DNA of 64,000 nucleotides, taken from contig OZ287749.1 of NCBI GenBank assembly GCA_965649765.1, positions 88,226,001-88,290,000 on the forward strand. Direction: 5' to 3'. The stretch comes from Bispira polyomma (lineage: Eukaryota). Made by a program: the position numbers and the translations under genes. The notes under the pieces were generated by a model that was not told the DNA's origin, made no database searches, and was given only the letters and a program-made list of their open reading frames with translations. Position 1 is the stretch's first letter; each line of letters starts with the position of its first letter. Positions 12,557-24,545 of this stretch are shown here, one piece after another.

Positions 12557-15500
12557 GACTTTGACAGCCAACCCAGTTTCAAAGTCTTACACCATAATGT
12601 AAATGGGTGGCGAGGTCAGCACCTTGACGTGAAAGAAGCACTCATCAGTTGTTTTAAAGCTGACATCATCTGTCTCACAGAAACTCACCTAGAAGGGGAC
12701 TTAAAAGTGGACCTTGATGGTTATACGTTTTATCTGAACAATAGACAAATTAGACATGTGGATGCTGTAAAGGCTTCTGGTGGTGTAGCTATTGGGATTA
12801 AAAATAACTTACTTTCTGACTATAATGTCTTATTAGCTGAAAACTGTTATGATGGTATCCTTGCATTAGTACTGGAACACAGGTATACTAAGTTATCTTT
12901 GTTAATAATGTGTGCCTATATATCTCCTGATCACTCAAGCTGGGGTAAAGACTCAATTACTTTTTTCAGTCATTTACTAAGTATCATCTATGAATATATT
13001 GATGTAGATTGTACTATTTTGTGTGGTGACATGAACGCCCGTATTGGAGATATTAGTGACTGGGTGTCAGGTGTAGACAATGTAACAAAAAGAGAAAATA
13101 TAGACAAGATTCGCAGTGGTCACTTTCAAGAATTTATTGACTTCCTGATAGAAAGTAAACTTTGCATAGCGAACGGAAGAGTTACTCCTGAATTTAACAA
13201 CTTTACATCTATATCCAAAAAGGGTAGCTCTGTCATAGATTATTTTTGTATTCCACATGATGAAGTTAAAAATTGTTCTGTATTCAAAGTTCATTCTGTA
13301 ACAAATATACTTAACAAGTTAAATATAAAAACCGACAAAATACCAGACCACTCGATACTTGAACTGCAATATGTACCCCATATTGTTATAGATAAGCAAA
13401 CTAGTAAGCAAAATGTTACACCTCTAGACCTAAATTGTCAGGAATCAAAGCCCAAGTACAATACAAAAGATATACCTTGTAACTTTTTGAGTAGTGATAT
13501 GGCTAAAAGTGCTATGGGTGACCTAATATCATGTTTCTTAAATACAGAAATCACGCAATGCTCTGTTGATAAATTATATGAAAGTTTCGGCAATATTTAT
13601 TATGATGAAATGAAGGTTATGTTAAAAAAGATAAATATCAATAAGCAAGCTAACAAAAGGAGAAAGTTTAAACCAAAACCTTTCTGGAATTCAGAGTTAG
13701 AAACACTGTGGAAAGCTGTCTTAACTAGTGAAAATGAATACTTGAAATGTCCCCAATCGTCCAACCTAAGAAGGGTTAAACTGAACCTATATAAAACCTG
13801 TTGTAATCACTTTGATAAGTTTTACAAACGAGAAAAAAGAAAATACAACAGGCAAAAACAAGACTCAATTGAAACAGCCAACTACAAAAATCCCAGAGAT
13901 TTTTGGAAACATATAAAGTCACTAGGGCCACAACGCAAGTCAGATAGAATCCCGATGGAAGTATATGGGGTTGACGAAAATGGGGAAAAATACATTAGTA
14001 ATGATCCAGATTTAGTTTCTAAAATATGGGCTGATGAATTTGAAAACCTGTACAATAGTAATGAAGGTAGTGTCAAGTTAACAAAATTCAATAAAGGCAT
14101 TACAGATGAACTAAAAGTCCTTGAATCAAACTTGTCCTATAATACTGATAATGATTTAAGCAAGACTCTATCCCAAAGAGAAATTCAAAAAGCCTTAAGT
14201 AAAGTAAAAAACGGCAAGGCTACTGGTGTAGAAAATCTCCCTTATGAAGTGTTTAAAAATGAAAACTCAGTCCGATTGCTCACAGAACTCTTTCATTTAA
14301 TTTATAACTCTGGCGTTATTCCCTCAAACTGGAGATTAGCTATAATTAAACCATTACCAAAGAATTCAACAGAAGATCCCAGAATTCCCACCCAATATAG
14401 AGGAATTAGTCTGTTATCGACTGTCTATAAGCTATTCACCACTACTTTAAATAAAAGAATATCTGACTACCTTGAACAAAACGATGTCCTAGCAGATGAA
14501 CAAAACGGATTTAGACCAAATCGTAGCTGTGAAGACTATGTCTTTATACTCTTAAATATATTAAAAAACCGCAAAGCAAAAAATCAATCAACATATGTGG
14601 CCTTTATAGATGCTGAAAAAGCTTTTGATAAGGTAAATCGAACATTTATGCTTTATAAACTGCTCAAGGTGGGAATAAATGCAAAAACTTACAGGTTTAT
14701 CAAATGTATTTAATGAGTCCTGCCTATGTTGTATTAATATAAATGGTAGTTTAACAAAGACATTTTCCAGCAAACTAGGAGTACGCCAAGGTGATACTTT
14801 ATCTCCAACTCTTTTTAACATATTTATAAATGATATCGTTAATGAAATAAATAACCTAGGTCTGGGAATACCATTAGACAATAACAAAAGTATCTCAGTG
14901 CTTCTCTACACAGATGATATTGCAATTCTAGCAGAGTCTGAAGGAGATTTACAAAAGATGCTCAACGTAATAGACCAATGGGGTAAAAAATGGCAAATAA
15001 GGTTTAATCGTAAAAAATCACAAGTAGTACATTTTAGAAAACAATCACAGAATCAAACAAAATTTAGTTTTAAATTTGGAAGTGATGCCCTTGATACAGT
15101 CTCAGAATACAAATACTTAGGGATGATTTTTAATGAATTTGTAGACATTGGCAAAATGGGTCTAGTTTTAGCAGATTCCAGAAATAGGGCTCTTGGTAGT
15201 ATTATTAATAAATTTAACTGTTTAAATGGATTAGGTTACAATAGTCATAAAAAAATATTTGACATGTGTGTTGCTCCAATTCTGGACTATGGCTCAGGAG
15301 CATGGGGATACAAAGATGTGCCTAAAATTGAATCCGTCCAAAACAAAGCAATGAGATTTTTTCTGGGGGCCCCAAAATTTACACCAACTGTAATTGGTGA
15401 TCTAGATTGGTTAACAAGTAAGTGTCGGAGAAAACTACAAATTTTAAAATTCTGGAATAAACTATGCAAGTTAGACACATCAAGACTATTGTATAACGTC

Positions 15501-16085
15501 TTCCAGTGGGATTTTAATTTTAAAAACAAGTTCTCCTGGAGTAATGAAGTTAAAAAAATATTTGAAAAGCTAAACCTTCAGTCCGCATTCAGAAACCATT
15601 TGCCTGTTGATATAAATTGGTGTACATCTCAAATAAGCTACACAGAAAAAGACTTATGGACAAATAATGTCAAAAATAGTCCTAAACTAAGGACATATTG
15701 TACATATAAAGAAACGGCAAAATTGGAACCTTATGTTTATAGAATCAAAAACAGAAAACATAGGGCAATAGTATCTAAATTTAGAAGTGGAGTACTACCT
15801 CTACAAATTGAAATTGGCCGTTGGAATCAAGTTCAACTTGAACAAAGAATATGCAAACTCTGCAATGAACATATAGAGGACGAAATTCACTTCTCTTTAA
15901 ACTGTGTAGCTTTTTATGATGAGCGGAGTAAATTCATAAACTATGTTAAAAGTAAATACCCTGATTTTGATGTTTTAAGTTACCCAGAAAAGTTAAAATT
16001 GCTGATGCAAAAAGAAAATATAACCCATTTTTGTAATTATTTGGTAACTATATGTGATAAACGTAAATCTCTAATATTTAATTAG
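12557..16085 (+). CDS. LINE ORF2, endonuclease (APE) plus reverse transcriptase; frameshift near 14710
   Basis: HNVNGW, DIICLTETHL, GGVAI, CGDMNAR, VIDY, PDHS (APE); YRGISLLS, QNGFR, FIDAEKAFD, GVRQGDTLSPTLF, LLYTDD, YKYLG (RT). Confidence 0.93.
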
Positions 16086-16604
16086 CCTTGGACTACTGTT
16101 TATATGATATACCTATGTACCACATGTTTTATACTTTATGTAATATTTGTATATATTAATATGTGTAACTACTGTATATAGTATATATATTATTTATATC
16201 TCGTGACAGTAATTGTACTATACATAAAAAAGTGCCTCATAAGCCCATGTATGCTGGGCTGGCTGCCATAATTATGACCTGTTAAAAATGTATATTTATA
16301 TTGGAGTGCAGGTGGCACTAAAATAAAAAATTTATCTCTCTCTATAGGAATTTTTCAGGCTGCCACCTAATATATTTGAGGAAATCAAGGCGAGGATAAC
16401 ACCCCATGTGAAAAGATCAACAACTTGGTATAGAAAGCCCTTGGATGTTGGACTGAAACTGGCTGTAACTTTGAGGCACCTGGCCACTGGGGAGAGCTAC
16501 AGGTCCCTGTCATACCAGTTTAGGGTGGGGAAATCATCTATCACCAAGTTTATACCAGACGTGTTCAAGGTCATCATCAAGGAGTACGAGGGTGAAAATC
16601 TAGC

Positions 16605-16898
16605 CAGGGGTGTAGCTACCATTAACGCCAGTACGCCCAGGCGTACCAGTTTAATGACAAGAAAGAACAAAAAATTTGAAAATTTTTTATTCTGTTTGTT
16701 GTAGTAGTAACATAGATTTCTGTTGTAAAATTTAAAAAAATTGGTACTCCCCAAGTGAACCAAAATATTATGTTTATTATGTTGATGCCCCCCCGCCCCC
16801 CACACACACGAATTGAATTTTGGCAGGACAAAAAAGCTAATATATTGGTTTAATTTTAATTTGGGAGTACCAGATGAAAAATCCTGGCTACTCCCCTG
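16605..16898. mobile_element. 294-bp hAT-like MITE inserted in the Harbinger transposase
   Basis: TIR caggggtgtagc / gctactcccctg (11/12 match); CTAGC duplicated at 16600-16604 and 16899-16903; transposase homology resumes immediately after. Confidence 0.85.
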
Positions 16899-18911
16899 CT
16901 AGCCTGCCAACCACCCCCGCTGAGTGGCTAAAACTGGAGGAAGTTTATAGAACCAGATGGAATGTCCCTCATGCTGTTGGCTCTATTGACGAAAAGCACA
17001 TGGCCGTCAAGAAGCCTCCCAAGGCTGGAAGTGAATTTTACAACTATAAAGGCTTTCACTCCATTGTCCTGTTTGCCCTGGTTGATTTTTAACCACTCAG
17101 AGCTCAAGCAGAAGATAGAAGATGGATCCATTGGGCTGCCCAGACCTGCACCACTGTTTGAAGGATCCAGACGTGACATGGATTACTTCCTGCTGGGGGA
17201 CGACGCCTTTGCCCTGAAAACGTGGATGATGAAACCCTACTCAAGGAGGGCACTTACCCATCACCAGAGAATTTTTAACCACAGGATATCCAGGGAAAGG
17301 CGGGTGGTGAAGAATGCTTTTGGGATTTTGGCCAGCCTGTTCTGCGTATTAGTAACGACGATGCAATAACACCCCCTAGTGGCCTCAAATCTGACATTGA
17401 CATGTGTGATATTACATAATCTACTGAGAAGCCGGTGTGGAAACCCAGCACTAGAGCACCCCAACCCACAAGATGATCCACCTGAACCCGAGGAGAAGTT
17501 GGTAGGAGATCAAGCGGCCAACAACAGAAACCCATCCAAAGCAGCAAAAGAACAGAGGGGCGTGTTAATGGACTATTTTATGAATAAGGGGGTAGTCCTG
17601 TGGCAAAATGATAGAGTTTAACCTGAGCCTGAGCCGAACCACCAGAGCCAGATGAGAAGCCAACCAAGAGATGTTGCAGTAGTGGAAAATTTAAAAGGTC
17701 CTTTTCAGGACCACCCAAATATTTCAAGAACAATGTTTGAGCTGTTTGTTACACCCCCATCCCCTTACCAATCACAATCACTAAATGTTAAACCCAGCAC
17801 CCCTACATGTAACACTGTGTGATCCTACATACATACACGATAACTTGCAACAAAAAAACCCATTGAAATTGTCAAACCCCTACACACACAAAGAGATAAA
17901 GTAAACCCCTTACTGTAAAATAATTGAACCCAAGGTCTTGCAATGACATTATAACTGTGTGCTGCGGGCCCCCATAACATATATACTGAAGATACCCCAA
18001 CAACATATAGTACACGGGCCGTTTTGTGCGCTAGGTCATATGTTATGACTTTTTCATTTGGGCTACCACTTGCTTGGTGACAAAACTGGGTTCGAACCCT
18101 AAAAAGTGGTGTGACCACTTATTTGGAAGATTATAATCTCAGGATGTTGTTTATTTTGTCTACAAAAAAAATCTTTGCATTGCATCACTGCAAAAATGTA
18201 TCTTTAACAAACGTTTCTCAATTGCTTTTCTCCAAAATTATTTCAGAATGATTTATTTCCCCAATTATTTAACAAAGACAATGCATGTAAGCATCGAGAG
18301 TATGTATTTCAATTTGGTACTTAATGGGGTATGTTGCACAGAATTTCTATTGTTTTTTTTAAACAATTTATTAGCATTATTGTCTGTCATTATTTCTCAG
18401 AAACATTTACTATGGTGATATGGAGTTCATATCTCAAGTTTGTACGTATTGGGACAGATTTGACAGACTTTGTTATTTTTTTTTTAAGTAATATCTCATC
18501 TTTCGTATCCATCTTTTTGTCATTTAACCAAAGCATTTGCAATGGAGATAAGGCTTTTCATTCTTAATCAGGTACTTGGGCAATTTTGGAAGGTTTTGAT
18601 TTTTTTTTCCTATTCTCAGTTAATATAACTACTATTCTCAGTTACATAACTCAAAATTTACCAAAGAGGGACATCTTTTACTTTACAAGTTGGACAATCA
18701 CAAACACTTATTGGAAGGGGGGAGGGTTATAATTAAGTTTTGTTTGTTTATGTGTGTTATTTGTTTTGCGTGGCTGAAATAATCTGTTTGTTTGGGCTAA
18801 TGTTTGGGGTTTTTGTTTGGACAATGATAATTATATTTCTGTCTGTGTGGCCAGGGGGTGGGGGGGGGGGGGGCTCAAAACACACACCCCCCCTTGGAGA
18901 TTGCTGACTGG

Positions 18912-20508
18912 CTACTGTGGAGGTGGTGTTGGTCGTGGAGTGGTGGAGGTTGAGGGTCGGGGTAAAGCGGGCTGGAGGTGGAGCTGTAGCTTTTGCTGTT
19001 GTGAAGCGGGTTCGGACTCTGGCTGAGGTGTTGGGGGCTGTGAGATGATCCTCTGTGAGACGATCTGCTGCTGTGGTTTCTGTGTGTTGTCTATGAGTGT
19101 CACCTGTTGATGTTAGTTATCCAAAGGTAAAGGGTGTTACCACTATTCCTGGGGTGTTGGGTCTAACTGTTTCGAATCCAAAGTCCTGGGGTATCTCGCT
19201 GGAAGTGTTGTGTGCTGACTCATCAAACAAGGACGCATTAGAAGGTGGGTTTGAGTACTGCTTACTAGGAGAAATGCTGGGCATTTTCAACTTAGTAGCA
19301 ACTCTTGAATGTTCTTCCATGACATAATAAGTCAGCGACTTCACAGTCTGCTGAGACTGCTGTGTCGTTAAGTTTTGTGGGAGGTACGTTAAAACGGGCT
19401 TCTGTTGGGACGACCCAGCAGCCGTAGCTGTATCCATCAAAACAAACTGTTGAGGTGCATGCTGAGACTGCTGGATCGGAAAGTTCTGTGGGTGGTACGT
19501 TAAAATGGGCTTCCAAATGGAGCGCAGCAACTGAAGACTCTGTAGCTCTATCCATCACAAGAAACTGTTGAGAAAAATGCTGAGACTGCTGTGCTAACTG
19601 CGGGTGGATCCAGGCACTCGAGACAGTTTAGAACTTGGGGCTGGTCTGGCGAAGGCACTTCTGAAGGGTTGACTTCTGGCTTGCTGGATCTGGCTCCGAC
19701 AGGAGAAGGTGTTGTCTCTAAACTCTGGAAATCAACCTCTTCCAACTTCTCTGCCTTGGCTGCTAGGTAGGCGAAATAGGCGCTACGGTTGGTCTGTGGC
19801 TTCTGGGGACTTCTGTGTTCTCCAACCAAGCTGCTCATCAGTGTCCTTATCTGGGTGAGGTGCTCGCCAAACATCACGTTGGCACTGGTACTCGGTCGAG
19901 ACGGGAAACTTCTCCGGAGGCTCCGCATACTGGTCTCTGTAACACTGTCTCCTTTTCTTATGCTGGAGCATCTGGACACATCGTGGCCTTCTTCAGGTGG
20001 TGGGGACAATGCGTCGACGTAGCAGTCAGCTTGAAGCCTGAAGACTTCACATGTCTGACAATGTGTGATCCCAGAAACGAAAAGCGTGTGATCAGCCAAT
20101 TCTTTCGGTCAGTCAAATCAGGTGGGGCTTGTCAGGTGGGGCTTGACTTCTTGATCATCAGCTTCTCAAAACACGTCCTCTGGGATTCGAACCAGGTCTT
20201 TACCGAAGACTGTCTCTGACAAAATGTACCACTGCTTCCTCATCTTCCTCTGTGAGAAACATGTGGACCATCTTTCCTATCTCCTTTACACGTCCTCTGA
20301 ACTGTGAAGACCCAAGCAATCCCTGTGACGAATCCTTCAATCCTTAGGAAACCTCTAACTCTCTCTCACTCTCTACCCTGTCACTCAGTGCTCGGCTCAC
20401 TCTGTCATCTCTCCTCTTCCTCTCCAGTTCATCTGATGAAACTCCAACTTCAAACTCCCTCTCTTTCTTCTCTACAATCTTCCTCTTCACTCTCCTCAAT
20501 CTAGGCAT
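18912..20508 (-). pseudogene. Harbinger Myb/SANT(MADF)-like DNA-binding partner gene, degraded
   Basis: Mixed frames give MPRLRRVKR... then VKTWFESQRT..KL..KKS, TDRKNWLITRFSFLGSHIVRH, NRSAYFAYLA and a Q/P/T-rich tail. Lies convergent to the transposase inside the TIRs; TATAAAA on the minus strand at 20678-20684. Confidence 0.7.
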
Positions 20509-22114
20509 CTTGCTGATATTAATGTTGTGTGTAGAAAAAAAACCTAACTGTAAAACTTGCCCTGATCTCAATATATATAACTAATTAAAAACAATAATAA
20601 TCCCTATCAACAAAAAACACAACTCTTATAACCAGCCAGCAGTCTCCAAAACAATGAGTCCAGTACTGACAGGATGTTTTTATACCCAAACACCCCGATC
20701 GGCATAAGTTTGATCCTATTGGTCGGTACTGAATACGTCAGATCTTACTGCTGATAAGTTTTGTTCTATCCTCCCCCCGGTCGATCTTTTACCTCTCCCG
20801 GCAAATCTGATAGCCAATATGTTCTGTCCTGCTGTGTCAAGTTCGATCGGAGTACAAAAATCTATTCACACTAAGTTCTGCCGGGGTGACAAAAAGTTTG
20901 GTCGGGGTGCAATGCGTTAGATTGGGAATCACATAAGTTTGATCGAATTGCTGGCCCGGCCTGTCCTATTCAAAAGGGGCAGATCCCAATAGGACAGGCC
21001 GGGCCAGTAATTGAACAAGCCGGGAGTTCGCCCAGACCTTTCTAACAGAACGTATTGGCAATAGGATCGAACGTATTTACCAATATGATTTCGAGGTCCG
21101 GGACCACAAGTCGGGGAACTTTTACAAAATGTCAAACATGTTTGATATTCTTCCTGACCTTCCAGACCACCCCCATTTTGCTCCCCGACCTTCCTGTACA
21201 CCCCCCAAACCTCAAAGTCAGGAAGGGCGGGGACCAAATGCTGATAGTGGAACCACCCTTTTAAAAATACAAAGTAACTACAATACAATAAACTTTTAAA
21301 TAAAGGCCTGTAAGAGTGAGGCATACTGAAGCATAAAGTCCTATTTAACTCTGGTAAAGGTAGTATAAAAGTACTCCCACATTAATTCAAAGCCAATTTG
21401 TTTGTTGTAAAAATTCCTTTTGATAAATTTCAACTTTGTAAAAATTTATTTTGACAAACTACAATCCTGAATTGAAACATATAGCCACCTGATCAATACA
21501 TTAACTTTTGCAAGACAAAAAAAGGCTGCACAGCTGAAACTTCCTTGAACGTGGCTCCAGTCTCCCAACATACAACAATCTTCAAGCATCAGCTGTCTAT
21601 TTGGTGGTTGTTTGGACATTATAATTTTAAATACAAATTCTTAAAATCAATATAAAGTATCCTACAATTGGTTTAAAATTGTTGTGATATATTGCAATTC
21701 TAGATCCTAAAACCAAGTAAAGTCAGGAAATCCAGTGTGAACATCAAATGCACACATGACTATGTACATGTAATTTAGGGTTGTTTTTGAACTGTTGTTT
21801 ATGGTGTAATTGCAATGTTGATAATCATGTACATTACTTACAACTGTAACAAAATATTCCAACATAGTAGCATTTGAGGTTAGAACAACATGTGGAGTAA
21901 GAACAAGATTTAAGGCAGAACAACATTTATGTGAAATCAGTTGTACATTTTGTAAGTACCAAGTTTTCGTTATCCTTTTACTGTCTATATTATGCAAAAG
22001 TTACGTAATCGACCTTTAGTTTTTGTTATTTCCATAATTCTTAATTCACCATGTCAGATATGTCCTGTAGTTGCTCTATAAACACTCTATATATATATAT
22101 AGGATAAATAATAC

Positions 22115-22500
22115 ACTGAAGCCCTTATTACTGAAAGGAGATAGATGGAGACTGATTCTTTTGCTTACACTAAAAGTATGTAAATAATATCCAATAATGT
22201 ATACACTCATTAGTGTAAACCAATGTGTATATTGTGTGTATACATTTTCATGTATTTAAATACTATAAACAATGCTCATTAGTGTAAACCAATGTATATA
22301 TTGTGTGTATATATTTTTCATGTATTTAAATACTATAAACAATTAGTGATTATGTCTGTCAGTTTAATAAACTGGCCATTTCAATCCATCACAGTTGTTT
22401 CCTTTTGTTGTTAACACTCTGGAGCAGGGCAGCTATAAAATACGCTAAAGCTCTTATTACTGAAAGGAGACAGATGGAGACTGATTCTTTTGCTTACACT
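22115..22500. repeat. Local duplications (two ~55-bp copies flanking a ~69-bp tandem pair)
   Basis: ttattactgaaaggaga.agatggagactgattcttttgcttacact at ~22125 and ~22455; ctcattagtgtaaaccaatg...tactataaacaat twice between them. Confidence 0.8.
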
Positions 22501-24545
22501 TTTGTTTCAGCAAAGTTAATAGGCTGATGGTGTAAAAAGTCTCAATTGCCTTGGAGTAGGAAAATGCAAGAACTCGTTCTAAGAATGTACATGCATATGT
22601 GCATATTGTTCAAGTATATTTTGCTTACATATTATGATGTCTTATTGGTAGGATGACTATACAGAGGCCTTAAAACATTGAAGATGCCCCATTTATGGTT
22701 AAAATAACCCCTTTAAGTCAAACCTCAAGGGACAAGGATTAATTGCACTATGACTCTAATTAGGCAGGGTTTCCACTCTGTCTTTGTGGGACAAACAGAT
22801 TTTTCTCCAGATAAAAGGGAAAATGACTTAATTGAGTTCTACTTAAAGGGGTTTACCTGTACAAGGTGTGTGGAATCTTTTCATGTTGTATCTTCCTGCA
22901 GTCTGAATGTGAAAAGCCTAATAATGAGACGTGTTTTCGTCAATATATTTTTGGTAACACACACACTGAAAACAAGTTGTCTTTGAGGTTACGTTGACCT
23001 AAGTTCCCCCAAACATGCTCTGTTTTACATTTCACACAGTGGTTTTGCGTCCCCCTGTAGGGGAAATACATCACATGTGATCTGCTGCTGGTACAAATCA
23101 ACTCGGAGAGGGGATGTTATTATAATTTGGTAAGAACACAGAAACTTTTCTCCATATAGTGTCATTACTAGTACTGTCACTGCACCAGGAGTGTTTTAGT
23201 ATGCACCAATATATATTTTGTTATAGATGTATATTTATATATAGAAAGTACTAATTTAAAAGAGGATTTAAAAAGGAAAAAAAGAGTCGGGTTTAATTGA
23301 ATTCTTGTGTATTATATTTTCTGTTTCCTGTAAGAAAATGTTTGTGTGACAAATAAGGAATTTGTCGATTTTCTAAGTTTATTAAAAAGAATGTTTTAGA
23401 GACTCGGAAGTGAAGAGGCAAGGAAAAAAAGAGATGGTCTGTGTGTGATATGGATTTATGAAGAATCTAGCATGATGGCGTGTTATTGATGGATAGAAAT
23501 TGTTCTCCCGGGTATATCCCCTGCGGAAGTCTAATTCACTTGGCTGCATGGTAAATTAAATCTTTTAAGCAGATATTTTGTTGTTGTTGGGGAAAATTTA
23601 TGAGGTTCCCCAAAAATATTTGTTATTTGTGACATCTTGTGATTCAAAATAAATTGGTGACAGATATTTGTGTATATGCTTGATTTTAATCCACAATTAA
23701 CTCACTTTAATATTAATGATTGTGTACGTTAATCACTTGTTAATTAAGTTGTCCTGGACGAATGGACACATTGTGAGAGATAGGTTAATGTTGTCACTGT
23801 TATCTATGCAGAGGGAGCTGTAGGATTCCACCAAGTTGATTTTCAATGATAATTTTTGTCTTTACATTTTTAATGTAATGGAAATTTGCCTGAAAACATA
23901 GTTAATCTTTCAATGTTATGGGAATATGATTGAAAACAAAGTTAATTTTTCTCAAAGTGTATGGTCATTTCAGAAGCCTCTATATCAAAACTGGATATAA
24001 TAACAATTACTGAATACTAAATCAGAATCTCACAATAGTATTTTTAGTTGGGAAAAAGTAAATGTGACTTTAGAGAAAAGCTTAGAAACAAAACATAGAA
24101 AAGATTATGTGTATAATTGGATACAAGAATGAAATGATTGTATGAATCTTTTTGTAATTAAGGATAGAAAAAAAAGGTTAAAAAGCATTCTGCAACAAAA
24201 CTTTATGAAATAGCCAACTGAAATACTGACTCAGAATCTCACTAGTATTGGTCAGAAACATCAAAACTGACTTTATATGGAACACTGTACATTGTCAAAA
24301 TTATCCGTCACACAGGATACAAAAATTAATTAAGTCCTTTTTCGTTTCTAAGGAAATATAGGTTAGACAAATGAAAACACCATTGGTAAAACAAAATTAT
24401 GTTTGTTTGTCGTTTGCAGAAACACAAATAGATGAGTTTATTAAGAAGTCATACCCCCAAAATATCTTTGTGATTGGATACACAAATGAAACACTTAGTA
24501 ATTTATGAGAGAAATAAAGGTCAGACAAATTAAAACACCACCATC

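Larger units (their letters stand above)
10962..16342 (+). mobile_element. Apparently full-length non-LTR retrotransposon, probably RTE-X-like
   Basis: TSD TATAGGAA at 10954-10961 and 16343-16350; ~620-bp 5' UTR, ORF1, APE-RT ORF2 with C-terminal LPLQIEIGRW...RICKLC...EDEIHF..C zinc knuckle, AATAAA and (TC)n tail. Clade assigned from the recalled C-terminal motif. Confidence 0.92.
10858..17621 (+). pseudogene. Harbinger (HARBI1-like, DDE_Tnp_4) transposase pseudogene, split by a LINE and a MITE
   Basis: PILWVKPWIRQREAQGYYTNLMPELQEG..AYRN [LINE] FRLPPNIFEEI..KLAVTLRHLATGESYRSLSYQFRVGKSSI [MITE] WNVPHAVGSIDEKH..FYNYKGFHSIVLFALVD [deletion] LLGDDAF..MKPY..FNHRISRERRVVKNAFGIL. The catalytic E of VENAFG reads K; frameshifts and a stop are present. 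Confidence 0.92.
10214..21261 (+). mobile_element. PIF/Harbinger DNA transposon (two-gene layout, inactivated, with nested insertions)
   Basis: TIR core gggtggttccac (10216-10227) / gtggaaccaccc (21247-21258) in a TAA/TTA-type context (exact ends +/-1-2 nt). Mirrored subterminal ccgacc and ataggatcgaac motifs. Convergent DDE transposase (+) and Myb/MADF-like gene (-). Confidence 0.88.

Noticed and set aside
16408-17621. Domesticated host HARBI1 gene
   Set aside because: Flanked by TIRs, interrupted by two insertions, and carries frameshifts, a stop and a mutated catalytic residue.
19783-20219. Several overlapping ORFs on both strands as separate genes
   Set aside because: They are shadow frames of the GC-richer, frameshifted Myb-like pseudogene.
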